A stretch of 64,000 nucleotides of DNA, from positions 11,263 to 75,262 of the forward strand of contig CAKUYZ010000003.1 of assembly GCA_934717675.1 (NCBI GenBank). Reading direction: 5' to 3'. The translations under genes were made by a program, and so were the position numbers. Below, one piece after another: positions 17,594-27,845 of the stretch. Each line of letters starts with the position of its first letter. The first letter of the stretch is position 1. The DNA is from an uncultured Bacteroidales bacterium (GTDB taxonomy: Bacteria > Bacteroidota > Bacteroidia > Bacteroidales > Marinilabiliaceae). Under the pieces are notes generated by a model. It searched no databases and was not told the DNA's origin. It saw only the letters and a list, made by a program, of their open reading frames with translations.

Positions 17594-20296
17594 ATGACAG
17601 CGGCGACAAAACGTATATTATGGACTGGCGCGGCCATGGCGGTGGTTACCGTCGTGGCCGTCGTGGCCGTATGGATTGGCCTCAACAAGCAATATAGGGC
17701 GCCATCGCCCACGCGTTGCCTCCCGTCCGGCACCACGCTCCTGACCCGTCTGGGCGCAAGGGGCGAGGTGGCGGGGCGCATAGCCTCGTCTCGATATGGC
17801 TCTGAGTTGCTGGACGTTGTGGGCGGCGATGTCGTCCTGGGCCTGGCGCAGCGGATGGACTCTCTCTTCTCTACCGATGTCATAGAGTCCCCGGCATTGT
17901 CGGGTCGCGACCTCTACGTCTCATTCACCATGCGTCCTGACGGGCGTATGAGCCAGTTTGCGGCCTCCTTCAAGCTGAATAATCGCTTGGAGTGGCACAA
18001 GGCTATGAGCGCCCTTCGAGGCCGCGACGGGGTGGAGGTGGTAGATACAGCCGTCTCGGGCCACGGCCTTTTCTTGCTTAGGCAGCGCGGCGAGTCCGCG
18101 CCCCTATTTATGGCCGCCGGCGGCGGATGCCTTTTTGCGTCCACCACGCCAGACTTGTTGCTCAGTTTTGGCCAAGACAGCGTCACGCCCATGCGAGACG
18201 ACGCGTCTTTCTCAACCATTGAGCGCACCGTGGCGGCAGACGCCCCAATCTCTGTCTTCATCAATGGCCGCTCGCTGCGCTCACTCCCCGCGCCCGTCAA
18301 GTCTCAGATGCTCAAGGGCGAGCTTGCCAAGGCCATATTGACCATGGGCGGCGGCAGCGACTGGATGGCCATGGATATTGGCCTGCATCCCGATGGCCTC
18401 TCGGCCGACGGTTTCGCCGTGGCCCCTAGGCCGTCCGTGGCTATGCTCACGGCCCGCGAGACTACAGACGAACTCAATGTGGCGCGCCGCGTGCCTCGCG
18501 GGGTGTGCCGCTTCGAGCGCATTGGCGCGGGGCTTCGCGGGCTCTCTTCGGCCTCGTTTTCAGAGGCTTTGGGGGCAGACAGCGCGGGCTTGGCCTATCG
18601 CACCGGCCAGAGCGAGATCTTTCGCCAGACGGGCGTAGATGTTGAGGCTCTTCTCTCACAAGTCTTCTCGGCCGAGATGGCCCTTTGCTCATACCCAGAG
18701 CCCGATGCCGACTTCCTTGTCGTGGACACCCGAGGCGGCACAATGGCTCAAGCCACGCTGACGCAGGCCATAACGGCCCTCCACGGTGGCACGCCTCCCA
18801 TGGTCATTGGCGAGATTGCGCCGGGCGAGGGGGCCGTGCCGGCGGGCGTGGTGGCGCGCAGGGCCGACGCCGAGCAGGTGGCGGAAGTGAGCATCCCCGT
18901 CTACGCCGGTTTCACGCAGTCGGACGAGTTGTTTTTCCTCCCCCGTCTCTTCGGCAGGCAAGTGCCGTCGCGCCTCTTCTTCCGATATGAAGACGCCCTC
19001 GTCTTGGCCAACAGTATGGACGTGTTGCGCCGCGTGCTTGTGGACTACGTGGTGGGCGCGACTATGGAGGGCTATGCCAACTATTCCGCGCTTCGCTCAC
19101 ACTTTGGCGGCGAGTGCTCACGTTTCGTCTTTGAGCGCCAGTCTGACGACACATCGTTTGGCATAGTTTGCAGCCAACTCACCGTGGCGGGCCGATTGCC
19201 CTATGTGAGCGTCTTCGCGCAGACGCCACTGGCTGAGGAGCATCACGCCACGCGCCGCCCAACGTGGCAGACGCGGCTCGACACGTTGCTATGCGGGCCC
19301 ATATATGGCGTTGAAAACCACTATACTCATCTGACCGAGTGCCTCGCCCAAGACCGTGATCACAAGCTGTGCCTGATTGGCGCGGATGGCATGTTGCTCT
19401 GGAAGAGGCCGGTGGATGGGCCCGTGGTGGGCCCTGTGAGCCAGATCGACTTCTATGGCAACGGCAAATTGCAATACCTCTTCTCCACGCCGCAGTCGGT
19501 CTACATCATAGACCGACTGGGCAACGATGTAGGCGCGTTCCCCGTGCGCCTGCCTTCGGCCTCGGTGAGCGGGGCCAGCGCGGCCACATATTCTGACGGC
19601 AGCCCAATGAGGATTTTTGTCGGTTGCCAGGGGGGTGTTGCCCTTTTCGGCCCCGACGGCAAAGAGGTGGAGGGCTGGAAACCCCAACACCCAGAGGGAC
19701 AGTTGCAGGGAGTGGCGCGTCACTTGGTGTGCGGCGGCAAAGACTTCATTGTGTACCGAGACCAATACTCTTACTATTTCACCGACCGCCGCGGCTCACG
19801 GCGACTGACCACGCAGCCCTTGGCCCCCGGCACCCGCAGCGAGATGGCCGTGGCGAAATCGGGGAAGTATTTTGTCACCACGACCACAGACGGCAGCGTG
19901 ATAGGCATAGACCCGTCAGATGGCAAACTGTCTCGTTTGGCTCTTGACAGCATAGGCCCGGAAAACATTGCCAGACCCATCGACGCGTCGGCCTACCTTG
20001 TGGCCGGTCGGCGCATGGCGGCCGTCATTGACGTGACCGGAGACAGCCCTAAGGTAAGAGCAGAGTGGCGCACTGGGCTCCAGAGCCTCGGCATGGTGGC
20101 CGTGGCCGGCGGCTTCATTGCCCTGTATGATGACAAAGCCGAGGAAGTGAGGATATTCTCAATGGCCGATGGCCACGAGATGCCAGCCTCCCCGCTCAAA
20201 TCTTGCGGCAGCATGGCCCTTGGCGAGGCAAAAGAAGGGTTCGCCGTCTACACCGTGGGGCAGGCGGGAGAGGTGGCTCAGACGCCTGTAAAGTAG
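17594..20296 (+). CDS. Uncharacterised 900-aa membrane-anchored protein with a beta-propeller-like C-terminal third
   Basis: Single N-terminal TM (AAMAVVTVVAVVAVWIGL), then a long extracytoplasmic region. The C-terminal ~330 aa show repeated short beta-strand/Gly-Asp turn patterns (IGADGMLLWKR..., IIDRLGNDVG..., LFGPDGKEVEGW..., TTTDGSVIGIDPSDGK...). I recognise no catalytic motif. Confidence 0.8.
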   Translation: MTAATKRILWTGAAMAVVTVVAVVAVWIGLNKQYRAPSPTRCLPSGTTLLTRLGARGEVAGRIASSRYGSELLDVVGGDVVLGLAQRMDSLFSTDVIESPALSGRDLYVSFTMRPDGRMSQFAASFKLNNRLEWHKAMSALRGRDGVEVVDTAVSGHGLFLLRQRGESAPLFMAAGGGCLFASTTPDLLLSFGQDSVTPMRDDASFSTIERTVAADAPISVFINGRSLRSLPAPVKSQMLKGELAKAILTMGGGSDWMAMDIGLHPDGLSADGFAVAPRPSVAMLTARETTDELNVARRVPRGVCRFERIGAGLRGLSSASFSEALGADSAGLAYRTGQSEIFRQTGVDVEALLSQVFSAEMALCSYPEPDADFLVVDTRGGTMAQATLTQAITALHGGTPPMVIGEIAPGEGAVPAGVVARRADAEQVAEVSIPVYAGFTQSDELFFLPRLFGRQVPSRLFFRYEDALVLANSMDVLRRVLVDYVVGATMEGYANYSALRSHFGGECSRFVFERQSDDTSFGIVCSQLTVAGRLPYVSVFAQTPLAEEHHATRRPTWQTRLDTLLCGPIYGVENHYTHLTECLAQDRDHKLCLIGADGMLLWKRPVDGPVVGPVSQIDFYGNGKLQYLFSTPQSVYIIDRLGNDVGAFPVRLPSASVSGASAATYSDGSPMRIFVGCQGGVALFGPDGKEVEGWKPQHPEGQLQGVARHLVCGGKDFIVYRDQYSYYFTDRRGSRRLTTQPLAPGTRSEMAVAKSGKYFVTTTTDGSVIGIDPSDGKLSRLALDSIGPENIARPIDASAYLVAGRRMAAVIDVTGDSPKVRAEWRTGLQSLGMVAVAGGFIALYDDKAEEVRIFSMADGHEMPASPLKSCGSMALGEAKEGFAVYTVGQAGEVAQTPVK

Positions 20297-20349
20297 GCCT
20301 ACGCCGCAGTTTCACCACTCGCACACATAACACAACGACAGAGACCATA

Positions 20350-21579
20350 ATGTCACAAAAGAGTGAGCTTATCCTCATAAACCTCCAGGGCCCCGACCGC
20401 CCAGGCCAGACGTCTGAGATAACGCGGGTGTTGGCCAACCATAGCGTGGACATATTGGACATTGGCCAAGCCGTGATTCACAACGACTTGAGCCTAGGTA
20501 TCCTCATCTGCATAACGGACGATTCTGAAGACTCCGCCTCAATTCTCAAAGACCTGCTCTTCGCGGCATATAAGATTGGGCTGAACATCAAGTTCCAGCT
20601 CATCCCGCATGCCGATTATGAGGAGTGGGTGAATCAGCAAGGCAAGAGCCGCAACATCATAACGCTCATGGCGCGCAAGCTCGAGGGCCGACACGTGGCC
20701 GAGGTCGCGCGCATTGTCAAGGAGCAGGGGCTCAACATTGACAAGATTGCGCGCCTCACGGGTCGCCGCTCGCTTGAAAACGTTGAGGCCAACGGTGTTA
20801 TGAGCGTGGTTGAGTTCTCCGTCCGAGGAGTGCCGAAAGATGAGAACAAGCTCAAGATGGACTTCATCGAGGTCTCGAAAAATTGCGATGTAGACATAGC
20901 TTTCCAGGCCGACAACATATTCCGCCGTAACCGTAGGCTCGTCTGTTTCGATATGGACTCCACGCTCATCCAGACCGAGGTCATCGACGAACTGGCAAGA
21001 CGCGCCGGCGTCTTCGATCAGGTGGCGGCCATAACGGCCTCGGCCATGAGAGGCGAGATAGATTTCAAGCAGAGTTTTCTGAAACGCATCAGCCTGCTCA
21101 AGGGGCTGGACGAGAGCGTGATGAAAGAGATTGCCGAGCATCTGCCGCTCACCGAGGGTGCGGAGAGACTTTTCAAGACGCTCAACAAGAGCGGCTACAA
21201 GACGGCCATTCTCTCTGGCGGCTTCTCCTATTTCGGAAACTACCTGAAGCAGAAGCTCGGCATTGACTATGTCTTTGCCAATGAGCTTGAAGTGGTGGAC
21301 GGCAAACTCACCGGTCGCCATGTGGGCGACATTGTTGATGGGGCCAAGAAAGCCGAGTTGCTCCGTCTGTTGGCCTTTAAGGAAGACATCCATTTGGAGC
21401 AATGCATAGCCGTGGGCGATGGCGCAAACGACCTGCCCATGATTCAAGAGGCGGGTCTCGGCATCGCTTTCCACGCCAAGCCCAAAGTAAAGGCCACGGC
21501 CCAACACTCCATATCCCAAAACGGCCTTGACACGATACTTTACCTCATTGGCTTCCGCGACCGCGAGATAAACGCCTAG
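20350..21579 (+). CDS. serB: Phosphoserine phosphatase SerB with N-terminal ACT-like regulatory domains
   Basis: HAD motifs CFDMDSTLI and GDGANDLPM; N-terminal ~190 aa ACT-like (LILINLQGPDRPG...). ATG at 20350. Confidence 0.9.
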   Translation: MSQKSELILINLQGPDRPGQTSEITRVLANHSVDILDIGQAVIHNDLSLGILICITDDSEDSASILKDLLFAAYKIGLNIKFQLIPHADYEEWVNQQGKSRNIITLMARKLEGRHVAEVARIVKEQGLNIDKIARLTGRRSLENVEANGVMSVVEFSVRGVPKDENKLKMDFIEVSKNCDVDIAFQADNIFRRNRRLVCFDMDSTLIQTEVIDELARRAGVFDQVAAITASAMRGEIDFKQSFLKRISLLKGLDESVMKEIAEHLPLTEGAERLFKTLNKSGYKTAILSGGFSYFGNYLKQKLGIDYVFANELEVVDGKLTGRHVGDIVDGAKKAELLRLLAFKEDIHLEQCIAVGDGANDLPMIQEAGLGIAFHAKPKVKATAQHSISQNGLDTILYLIGFRDREINA

Positions 21580-21670
21580 CCACCGGCACAACCTAGGCCT
21601 GGAAGTTGCGTATAACTCACCTGTGAGTCGCGCCCGTGAGCGCGAATGTGCCAAGAAAAAGAACGTCACA

Positions 21671-23236
21671 ATGAAAACGACCTACTCCATTTTATCCGCC
21701 ATCTTGTTGGCCGCGGCCTCGCTGCCCGCGCTAGCGTCCGACACGCAGGTAGATGGTATATATTATGATTTTGACCCGTCGACCCGTACGGCCTCTGTGA
21801 CCTACAAGGGCAGGTGCCAATGCTCTGGCGACGCCTATTCGGGCCTCGTCAGAGTCCCGGAGACGGTGGCTTTTGAGGGCAAAGTCTATCGTGTCGTGGC
21901 CGTTGGCCCGCACGCTTTCTCCTCTAGCAGGAAGTTGGAGGCCGTGGTGCTGCCGCGCAGTGTCGAGACCATTGGCTATAACGCTTTTGTGGGCTGCAAT
22001 GCGCTGACGAGCGTAGAGGTAAAAGAGCCGTCGGCCTTGCGGCAGATTGACCGTCAGGCTTTCTTGGCCTGCAAGTCCCTCGCGTCTTTCCGCGTCCCGC
22101 GCTCTGTGGAAAAGATTGGACGTTACGCTTTTGAGATGTGCGAGTCTCTTGCCAATGTGACCTATGACGAGCCTTCGTCTCTCACCGAGATTGAGGACTA
22201 CGTTTTTTGCCGCACGGGACTCCGTGGCGTGAGCGTGCCAGCTTCCGTCACCTCCATAAGCGCGGTGGCTTTTTGCCAATGCCCCAACATGAAGGAGTTG
22301 GTTTTGCCCCGTGGCGTTAAGGTCATAAGCCCGCAAAACCCTTTTGCCTATAACACCCAGCTCACGTCAGTCAGCGTGGAGAGCGGAAACGTGGCCTATG
22401 ACTCCCGCGGCGGCTGCAACGCCATCATTGAGACTGGCTCCAACACCCTTGTGGCGGGTTGCAAGACGAGCCAAATCCCCACCTCTGTGACCGTGATAGG
22501 CCGCAGCGCATTCAACCACTGCACCGACCTCACAGACGCCGCCCTGCCGGCCTCGATACGTCACATTGGCAAATATGCCTACTTGGGCTGCAAGGGCTTG
22601 CGCTCGTTCTACTTCCCGTCTTCAATGGTCAGTATGGCGGACAGCGTCTTCCAACGCGTCACGACCCTAGACTCTGTCGTGGTCATGACGCAACGCCCCT
22701 TTGTGATTGACGAGAGCGACTTTATGCCCGAGACCTATGAGCAGGCCACGCTCTATGTCCCTGCCGGTTGCGCGCAAATCTATCGCTCCGCGCCCGTATG
22801 GTGTAAGTTTCGCAACATTGTGGAGGCGGACCGATTCGTTGTCGGCGGCCTCTCCTATGGCGTGCGTGAAGACGGCAAAGCCGAGATCCTCCACCCGACG
22901 GAGGGCGTGGCCTATGACGAGACCATTGTGGTGCCGGCTCGTGTTGTGAGTGGAACTCGTGAGTTTGAGGTGGACGGTGCGGCGGACGGGGCGTTCCGCA
23001 CGGCCGACGGCGGCACTGTCAAGGCCATTTGGAGAGCAACGGACGGCAGGCCTGCCAATATCAGCGTCTATGGCACACGCGGCCACATCCGCATTGAAGG
23101 CACCGATGCCGAGGCCAAGGTCTTCAACGCCGGCGGCGTGATGATGACCAGCACTCGCTCGCGCTCCATTGCCATTGAGCAAGGCGTGTATGTGGTAAAA
23201 GTGAATGGCGCGGCGTTCAAAGTCGTTGTTGACTGA
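21671..23236 (+). CDS. BspA-like leucine-rich-repeat surface protein with probable T9SS C-terminal sorting domain
   Basis: Signal peptide MKTTYSILSAILLAAASLPALA. Repeated ~23-aa units (...IGxxAFxxCxxLxSVxIPxSV...). The C-terminus ...IRIEGTDAEAKVFNAGGVMMTSTRSRSIAIEQGVYVVKVNGAAFKVVVD resembles Por/T9SS CTDs. Confidence 0.8.
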   Translation: MKTTYSILSAILLAAASLPALASDTQVDGIYYDFDPSTRTASVTYKGRCQCSGDAYSGLVRVPETVAFEGKVYRVVAVGPHAFSSSRKLEAVVLPRSVETIGYNAFVGCNALTSVEVKEPSALRQIDRQAFLACKSLASFRVPRSVEKIGRYAFEMCESLANVTYDEPSSLTEIEDYVFCRTGLRGVSVPASVTSISAVAFCQCPNMKELVLPRGVKVISPQNPFAYNTQLTSVSVESGNVAYDSRGGCNAIIETGSNTLVAGCKTSQIPTSVTVIGRSAFNHCTDLTDAALPASIRHIGKYAYLGCKGLRSFYFPSSMVSMADSVFQRVTTLDSVVVMTQRPFVIDESDFMPETYEQATLYVPAGCAQIYRSAPVWCKFRNIVEADRFVVGGLSYGVREDGKAEILHPTEGVAYDETIVVPARVVSGTREFEVDGAADGAFRTADGGTVKAIWRATDGRPANISVYGTRGHIRIEGTDAEAKVFNAGGVMMTSTRSRSIAIEQGVYVVKVNGAAFKVVVD

Positions 23237-23255
23237 CAGTCTGGCGCAAGATATT

Positions 23256-23304
23256 GTGCGGGGCGCGGAGGCTGGCTTCAATGCCGCCATGCCGCGCCCC
23301 GCAC
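23256..23304 (+). terminator. Long GC hairpin after the LRR gene (terminator-like, no clear T-tract)
   Basis: A 13-bp stem pairs GTGCGGGGCGCGG (23256-23268) with CCGCGCCCCGCAC (23292-23304); 23-nt loop. Confidence 0.45.
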
Positions 23305-23318
23305 GTTGTAAAAATGCG

Positions 23319-23326
23319 TATCTTTG
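23319..23326 (+). promoter_or_regulatory. Putative -7 box upstream of dxs
   Basis: TATCTTTG, 18 nt before ATG 23345. Confidence 0.5.
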
Positions 23327-23344
23327 CACCGTTTTTTAGGCTCA

Positions 23345-25243
23345 ATGGAACAGACATACCCACTTCTTAGCACCATAGACACGCCCGCCGACCTGAAGAG
23401 ACTCAGTGTCGAGCAGCTGCCGCAGTTGTGTGACGAGTTGAGGCATTTCATCATTGAGCAGATGAGCCACGCGCCTGGGCATTTCGCCGCCTCGCTGGGC
23501 GTGGTGGAACTCACCGTGGCCATTCACTACGTCTATGACACGCCATATGACAAACTCGTGTGGGACGTGGGCCACCAGGCCTATGGGCACAAGATTCTCA
23601 CAGGGCGGCGCGCCGTGTTCCACACCAACCGCAAGCGCGGCGGTATAAGCGGTTTCCCAAACATCTTTGAGAGCGAGTATGACGCTTTCGGCGTGGGGCA
23701 CTCGTCCACGTCGGTCTCCGCGGCTTTGGGCATGGCCATCGCGGCGAGGCTGAGCGGCGAGAAGCGTCATGTGGTGGCCGTGATCGGAGACGGTGCGCTC
23801 ACGGGCGGAGAGGCCTTTGAGGCGCTCAACAATATGGCGGCGGCCAGCCCCGACATGCTCGTCATCCTCAATGACAACAACATGGCCATTGACAAGGTGA
23901 CGGGCGGCATGAGCCAATATTTGTTAGACATCTCCACCTCTAGCCTCTACAACAGGCTGAGGAACAAGATGTCTCAATACCTTGACAGGAAAAACGACTC
24001 CGCCACGGGCCACAACAGCTTCATCACCAAGCTAAACAACAGCCTCAAGAACCTCATCAACCACCAGACCAATATGTTCGAGGGGCTGAACATCCGATAT
24101 TTCGGCCCCACGGACGGGCACGACGTCAAATACCTTGTCTCCATTCTCCGCGACTTGAAGAGAATCAGCGGCCCCAAGATGCTCCACGTCATCACCGTCA
24201 AAGGCAAAGGCTTCAAGGCGGCGGAGCAAGACCCCACAAAGTGGCACGCCGTGGGACGCAGTTTTGACATTGAGACGGGCGACCCTCTCACGCCACCGTC
24301 GCAAACCCCTCACCCCCCGCGTTTCCAAGACGTTTTTGGCGAGACCATTTTGGAGCTTGCTCGCAAAAACGACAAGATTCTGGGCATCACGCCAGCCATG
24401 CCTAGCGGGTGCTCACTCAGCGTCATGATGCGCGAGATGCCTGATCGCTGTTTTGACGTTGGCATTGCCGAGCAGCACGCCGTGACGTTCGCCGCAGGCT
24501 TGGCCGTCTCTGGCTATACGCCTTTTTGCAACATATACAGCACTTTTGCCCAAAGGGCGTTTGACCAGGTCATTCACGATGTGGCCCTTCAAAAGCTCCA
24601 CGTGGTCTTTTGCTTTGACAGGGCTGGCCTCGTGGGGGCCGATGGCGCCACTCACCACGGCGTTTTCGACGTTGCCATGTTGCGCCCCGTGCCGAACCTC
24701 ACCATCATGTCGCCCATGGACGAGCCGGAGCTTCGCAACATGATGTTCACGGCTCAAGACCCGTCGCTTGGCGCGGTGGTCATCCGTTACCCGCGTGGCG
24801 AGGGCTCGACGGTAGATTGGCGTACGCCTATGGAGAGGGTGGAGGTGGGCCGCGGTCGCAAGCTTCGCGATGGTGAAGATGTGGCGCTGCTCACCCTGGG
24901 TCCCATAGGCATTGAGGCGCGGCAAGTGGCGGACGGGCTGAAAGCCTATGGCATAAGCGCGGCGCACTATGACCTGCGTTTCGCCAAGCCGCTAGACGAG
25001 GCTCTGCTCCGTGAGGCTTTTGACTCGTGCAGGCTCATCGTCACCATGGAAGACGGAGTGCGTGAGGGGGGCGTTGGCACTGGCGTGATGGAGTATGCCA
25101 TGGACTGCGGCTACGGTGGCAGAGTGTTGCGAATAGGTGTGCCGGACAGATTCATTGCCCACGGGACTGTGGAAGAGCTATATAAAGAGTGCGGGATGGA
25201 TGCCGACAGCGTAATCTCCGCCATAAGGGAAGCTTTGGACTAA
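23345..25243 (+). CDS. dxs: 1-deoxy-D-xylulose-5-phosphate synthase
   Basis: Motifs [55 protein letters not shown] at 23345, 19 nt after a TATCTTTG box. Confidence 0.95.
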   Translation: MEQTYPLLSTIDTPADLKRLSVEQLPQLCDELRHFIIEQMSHAPGHFAASLGVVELTVAIHYVYDTPYDKLVWDVGHQAYGHKILTGRRAVFHTNRKRGGISGFPNIFESEYDAFGVGHSSTSVSAALGMAIAARLSGEKRHVVAVIGDGALTGGEAFEALNNMAAASPDMLVILNDNNMAIDKVTGGMSQYLLDISTSSLYNRLRNKMSQYLDRKNDSATGHNSFITKLNNSLKNLINHQTNMFEGLNIRYFGPTDGHDVKYLVSILRDLKRISGPKMLHVITVKGKGFKAAEQDPTKWHAVGRSFDIETGDPLTPPSQTPHPPRFQDVFGETILELARKNDKILGITPAMPSGCSLSVMMREMPDRCFDVGIAEQHAVTFAAGLAVSGYTPFCNIYSTFAQRAFDQVIHDVALQKLHVVFCFDRAGLVGADGATHHGVFDVAMLRPVPNLTIMSPMDEPELRNMMFTAQDPSLGAVVIRYPRGEGSTVDWRTPMERVEVGRGRKLRDGEDVALLTLGPIGIEARQVADGLKAYGISAAHYDLRFAKPLDEALLREAFDSCRLIVTMEDGVREGGVGTGVMEYAMDCGYGGRVLRIGVPDRFIAHGTVEELYKECGMDADSVISAIREALD

Positions 25244-25263
25244 GAACTTGGCGAAGGATATAT

Positions 25264-25306
25264 AAGAAGAGGGCGTGACGGCTTAATTGCGTCTCGCCCT
25301 CTTTGC
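25264..25306. terminator. Bidirectional terminator between convergent dxs and argF'
   Basis: The stem spans 25269-25280 / 25290-25301 (GAGGGCGTGACG / CGTCTCGCCCTC, one mismatch). It is flanked by an A/T-rich stretch on the left and TTTGCGTTT on the right. Confidence 0.7.
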
Positions 25307-25329
25307 GTTTGTGGCTGCGTGTCGTCGGC

Positions 25330-26283
25330 CTATTTGCGCAAATCTTCAAGCATACGCTTCATCACCACTTGCGCGGAGACGACACGGTTCGCGGCCTCGG
25401 GAATGACAAGGCTGTTGGGGCTGTCAATGACCTCGTCTGTCACAATCATGTTGCGGCGGACGGGCAGGCAGTGCATAAACTTGGCGTTGTCGGTCCAGCT
25501 CATATGCTCGGCGTCAACAGTCCAGCTCATGTCTTTTGAGAGGATTTGGCCATAGCTCTCATAAGATGACCAGTTCTTGGCATATATGAAGTCTGCGCCC
25601 TCGAAAGCCTTTTTCTGGTCTCGCTCCAGGTGCGCCCCTTGCATGATGTCCGGAGCCAAGTCATAGCCTTCGGGACAGGTGATGACGAAGTCCACGTCGG
25701 CGACTTTCATCCACTCGGCAAAGGAGTTCGGCACGGCCTGCGGCAATGCGCGAGGGTGGGGAGCCCAGGAGAGGACCACTTTGGGGCGCGCCTTGGTCTT
25801 GTGCTCCTCAATGGTGATGAGGTCGGCAAAGGCCTGGCATGGGTGCCTTGTGGCGCTCTCCAGGCTTATTACGGGGCGGCCGGAGTACTGGATGAACTGG
25901 TTGATGATGGTCTCCTGATAGTCGAACTCGCGGCTCTCGAAACGAGCGAATGAGCGGACTCCGATGATGTCGCAGTAGCTGCCAATGACGGGAATGGCCT
26001 CGCGCAGGTGCTCGCTCTTGTCTCCGTCCATCACCACGCCCATCTCCGTCTCGAGTTTCCAGCTGTCCTTGTCAATGTTCAGGACAATGGCGTTCATGCC
26101 GAGGTTCTGCGCCGCCTTTTGCGAGCTGAGCCTCGTGCGCAGGCTCGAGTTGAAGAAGACTAGGATTATGGTCTTGTTGCGGCCAAGCTCCTGCCATGCG
26201 AAAGGGGTCGCCTTGACCTCCTTGGCCTCGCGGAGGGCCTTGTCGAGGTCGCCAATGTCACCGACGGTGAGAAATCTGTTCAT
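25330..26283 (-). CDS. argF': N-succinylornithine (acyl-ornithine) carbamoyltransferase, Bacteroides ArgF' type
   Basis: 317 aa; FFNSSLRTRLS, HCLPVRRN. Collinear along its whole length with my recollection of the Bacteroides fragilis ArgF' sequence (FARFE.RE.DY...IINQFIQ.SGRPV). Confidence 0.88.
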   Translation of the reverse strand: MNRFLTVGDIGDLDKALREAKEVKATPFAWQELGRNKTIILVFFNSSLRTRLSSQKAAQNLGMNAIVLNIDKDSWKLETEMGVVMDGDKSEHLREAIPVIGSYCDIIGVRSFARFESREFDYQETIINQFIQYSGRPVISLESATRHPCQAFADLITIEEHKTKARPKVVLSWAPHPRALPQAVPNSFAEWMKVADVDFVITCPEGYDLAPDIMQGAHLERDQKKAFEGADFIYAKNWSSYESYGQILSKDMSWTVDAEHMSWTDNAKFMHCLPVRRNMIVTDEVIDSPNSLVIPEAANRVVSAQVVMKRMLEDLRK

Positions 26284-26336
26284 GATGGTTGGCTATTATG
26301 AGTTTTTTATTTTTCTGTGTTTTACCGTGTCCTCTG

Positions 26337-27611
26337 TCAGAGCATGGGCACAAGTTGAGACAGTTTGTTGGAGTTAGATCCTTTGATGAGGATGTATTTG
26401 CCGCTTAAGGCCCTGACGGCTTGGGCGGCGTCTGGCGTGGCGTTGTAGAAAGCGAAACCTGGATAGTCTTTCTCAAACTTGCAGAACTCAGGGCCTATGA
26501 GGATGGCCTGGTCTAGGTTCATTGTCTTGAGTTTCTCCAGCACCTTGACGTGCTGCTCATCCTGTAGCGGGCCTAACTCCCTCATTGCTCCCAAGATCAC
26601 GCACTTGTGTCCCGTCTCGTGGCTGGCGAAGTTGTCTAGCGCCGCGCCCATGCTCGTGGGGTTGGCGTTGTAGGCGTCCACCACCAGCCTGTTCCGACTG
26701 GTCTGGACTATTTGGCTTCGCCCGTTGGTGGGCTCATATTGCCCAATGGCCTCGGTCACGTCACTGTCCGCCACGCCAAAATGATGCCCCACGGTGGCCG
26801 CGGCCAAGGCGTTTGGCAGGTTATATTTGCCCAAAAGGTGCGTTGTGACGTGATGCCAATCGCCGCCCGCGCTCCAACGCATATCGAGAGTCTCCGCCGC
26901 GCCGTCTTCAACGCATCCTTGCACATAAGGCACCGTGTTGGCATATTCGCCAAGCATTTGCGCCAGGTCTTTGTTATCAGGGTCTATAAAGACGGTGCCG
27001 CCCGTGCGGCGCAGATAGTCATAAAGCTCCGCCTTTGTGCGCTTCACGCCCTCGAAGGAGCCAAAGCCCTCAATATGCCCGATGCCCACGTTGGTGACAA
27101 GGCCTGCCGTGGGCTGAGATATGGTCACTAGGGCCGCTATCTCGCCAGGGTGGCTCGCGCCCATCTCCACCACGGCCATCTCGGCGTCATCTGGTATGGA
27201 GAGGATGGTCAGCGGCACTCCAATGTGGTTGTTGAGGTTGCCTTTCGTGGCCACTGTCTTGAATTTTTTGCTCAAGACGGCCGTTGTCAACTCCTTTGTC
27301 GTGGTCTTGCCATTGGTGCCTGTGATGCCTATGACGGGAATTGTCAGGTGTCTGCGCCTCTCTCTGGCCAGTTCTTGAAGAGCTGTCAGAGTGTCGTCCG
27401 TAACGTAGGCGCGGGGGTCGTTGGCGAAAGATTTGTCTGTCGTCACCACATAGGCCGCCCCAAGCTCAAGAGCGTGGCCGACCATGGTGTTGGCGTCGAA
27501 GTTGGCGCCGCGTAATGCCACGAACAGCGACCCTGGCGCGATGGTGCGCGTGTCTGTTGAGACTCCCGCGCTGTGGCGGAAAGCCTCATATAGTTCTGAG
27601 ATTGTTTTCAT
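26337..27611 (-). CDS. murF: UDP-N-acetylmuramoyl-tripeptide--D-alanyl-D-alanine ligase
   Basis: GITGTNGKTTTKE P-loop, Mur ligase architecture. Start at ATG 27611 (MKTISELYEAF...) rather than 27638. Confidence 0.9.
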   Translation of the reverse strand: MKTISELYEAFRHSAGVSTDTRTIAPGSLFVALRGANFDANTMVGHALELGAAYVVTTDKSFANDPRAYVTDDTLTALQELARERRRHLTIPVIGITGTNGKTTTKELTTAVLSKKFKTVATKGNLNNHIGVPLTILSIPDDAEMAVVEMGASHPGEIAALVTISQPTAGLVTNVGIGHIEGFGSFEGVKRTKAELYDYLRRTGGTVFIDPDNKDLAQMLGEYANTVPYVQGCVEDGAAETLDMRWSAGGDWHHVTTHLLGKYNLPNALAAATVGHHFGVADSDVTEAIGQYEPTNGRSQIVQTSRNRLVVDAYNANPTSMGAALDNFASHETGHKCVILGAMRELGPLQDEQHVKVLEKLKTMNLDQAILIGPEFCKFEKDYPGFAFYNATPDAAQAVRALSGKYILIKGSNSNKLSQLVPML

Positions 27612-27769
27612 TGTCTGCGTGTCGGGAGGAAAACTCATGGATGCCGAGGCATCCCATAACGCTCATCCCCCGCAACTTTAAAGTTACAGAATATTTTCTG
27701 CAAGACTGCCGCCCGATGCCACCTATTGCCGCACCCGTCGGCTGTGAGTTTCCCTGCCATGGACATAGC

Positions 27770-27810
27770 AAGGCGGCCTCCGAGCCATCATAAGCTCGAA
27801 GGCCGCCCTT
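27770..27810 (-). terminator. Hairpin downstream of atpG (end of the atp operon)
   Basis: AAGGCGGCCTCCGAGC (27770-27785) pairs with GCTCGAAGGCCGCCCTT (27794-27810), with one bulge and one mismatch. It lies 36 nt after the atpG stop. There is no strong U-tract. Confidence 0.5.
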
Positions 27811-27845
27811 ACCATTAGTGCCGTTATTCTGACAGTGTCGTCGCC

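Noticed and set aside
17651-17668. Direct 9-nt tandem repeat GTCGTGGCC x2
   Set aside because: It lies inside the TM segment of the 900-aa protein and simply encodes VVAVVAV. There are only two copies, so it is not a repeat element.
27612-27845. A 234-nt gap between atpG and murF with small ORFs (27515-27793 plus strand, 27586-27771 minus strand)
   Set aside because: The gap is explained by the atp operon terminator hairpin (27770-27810) plus the murF promoter and leader. The small ORFs overlap these elements and have no coding features.
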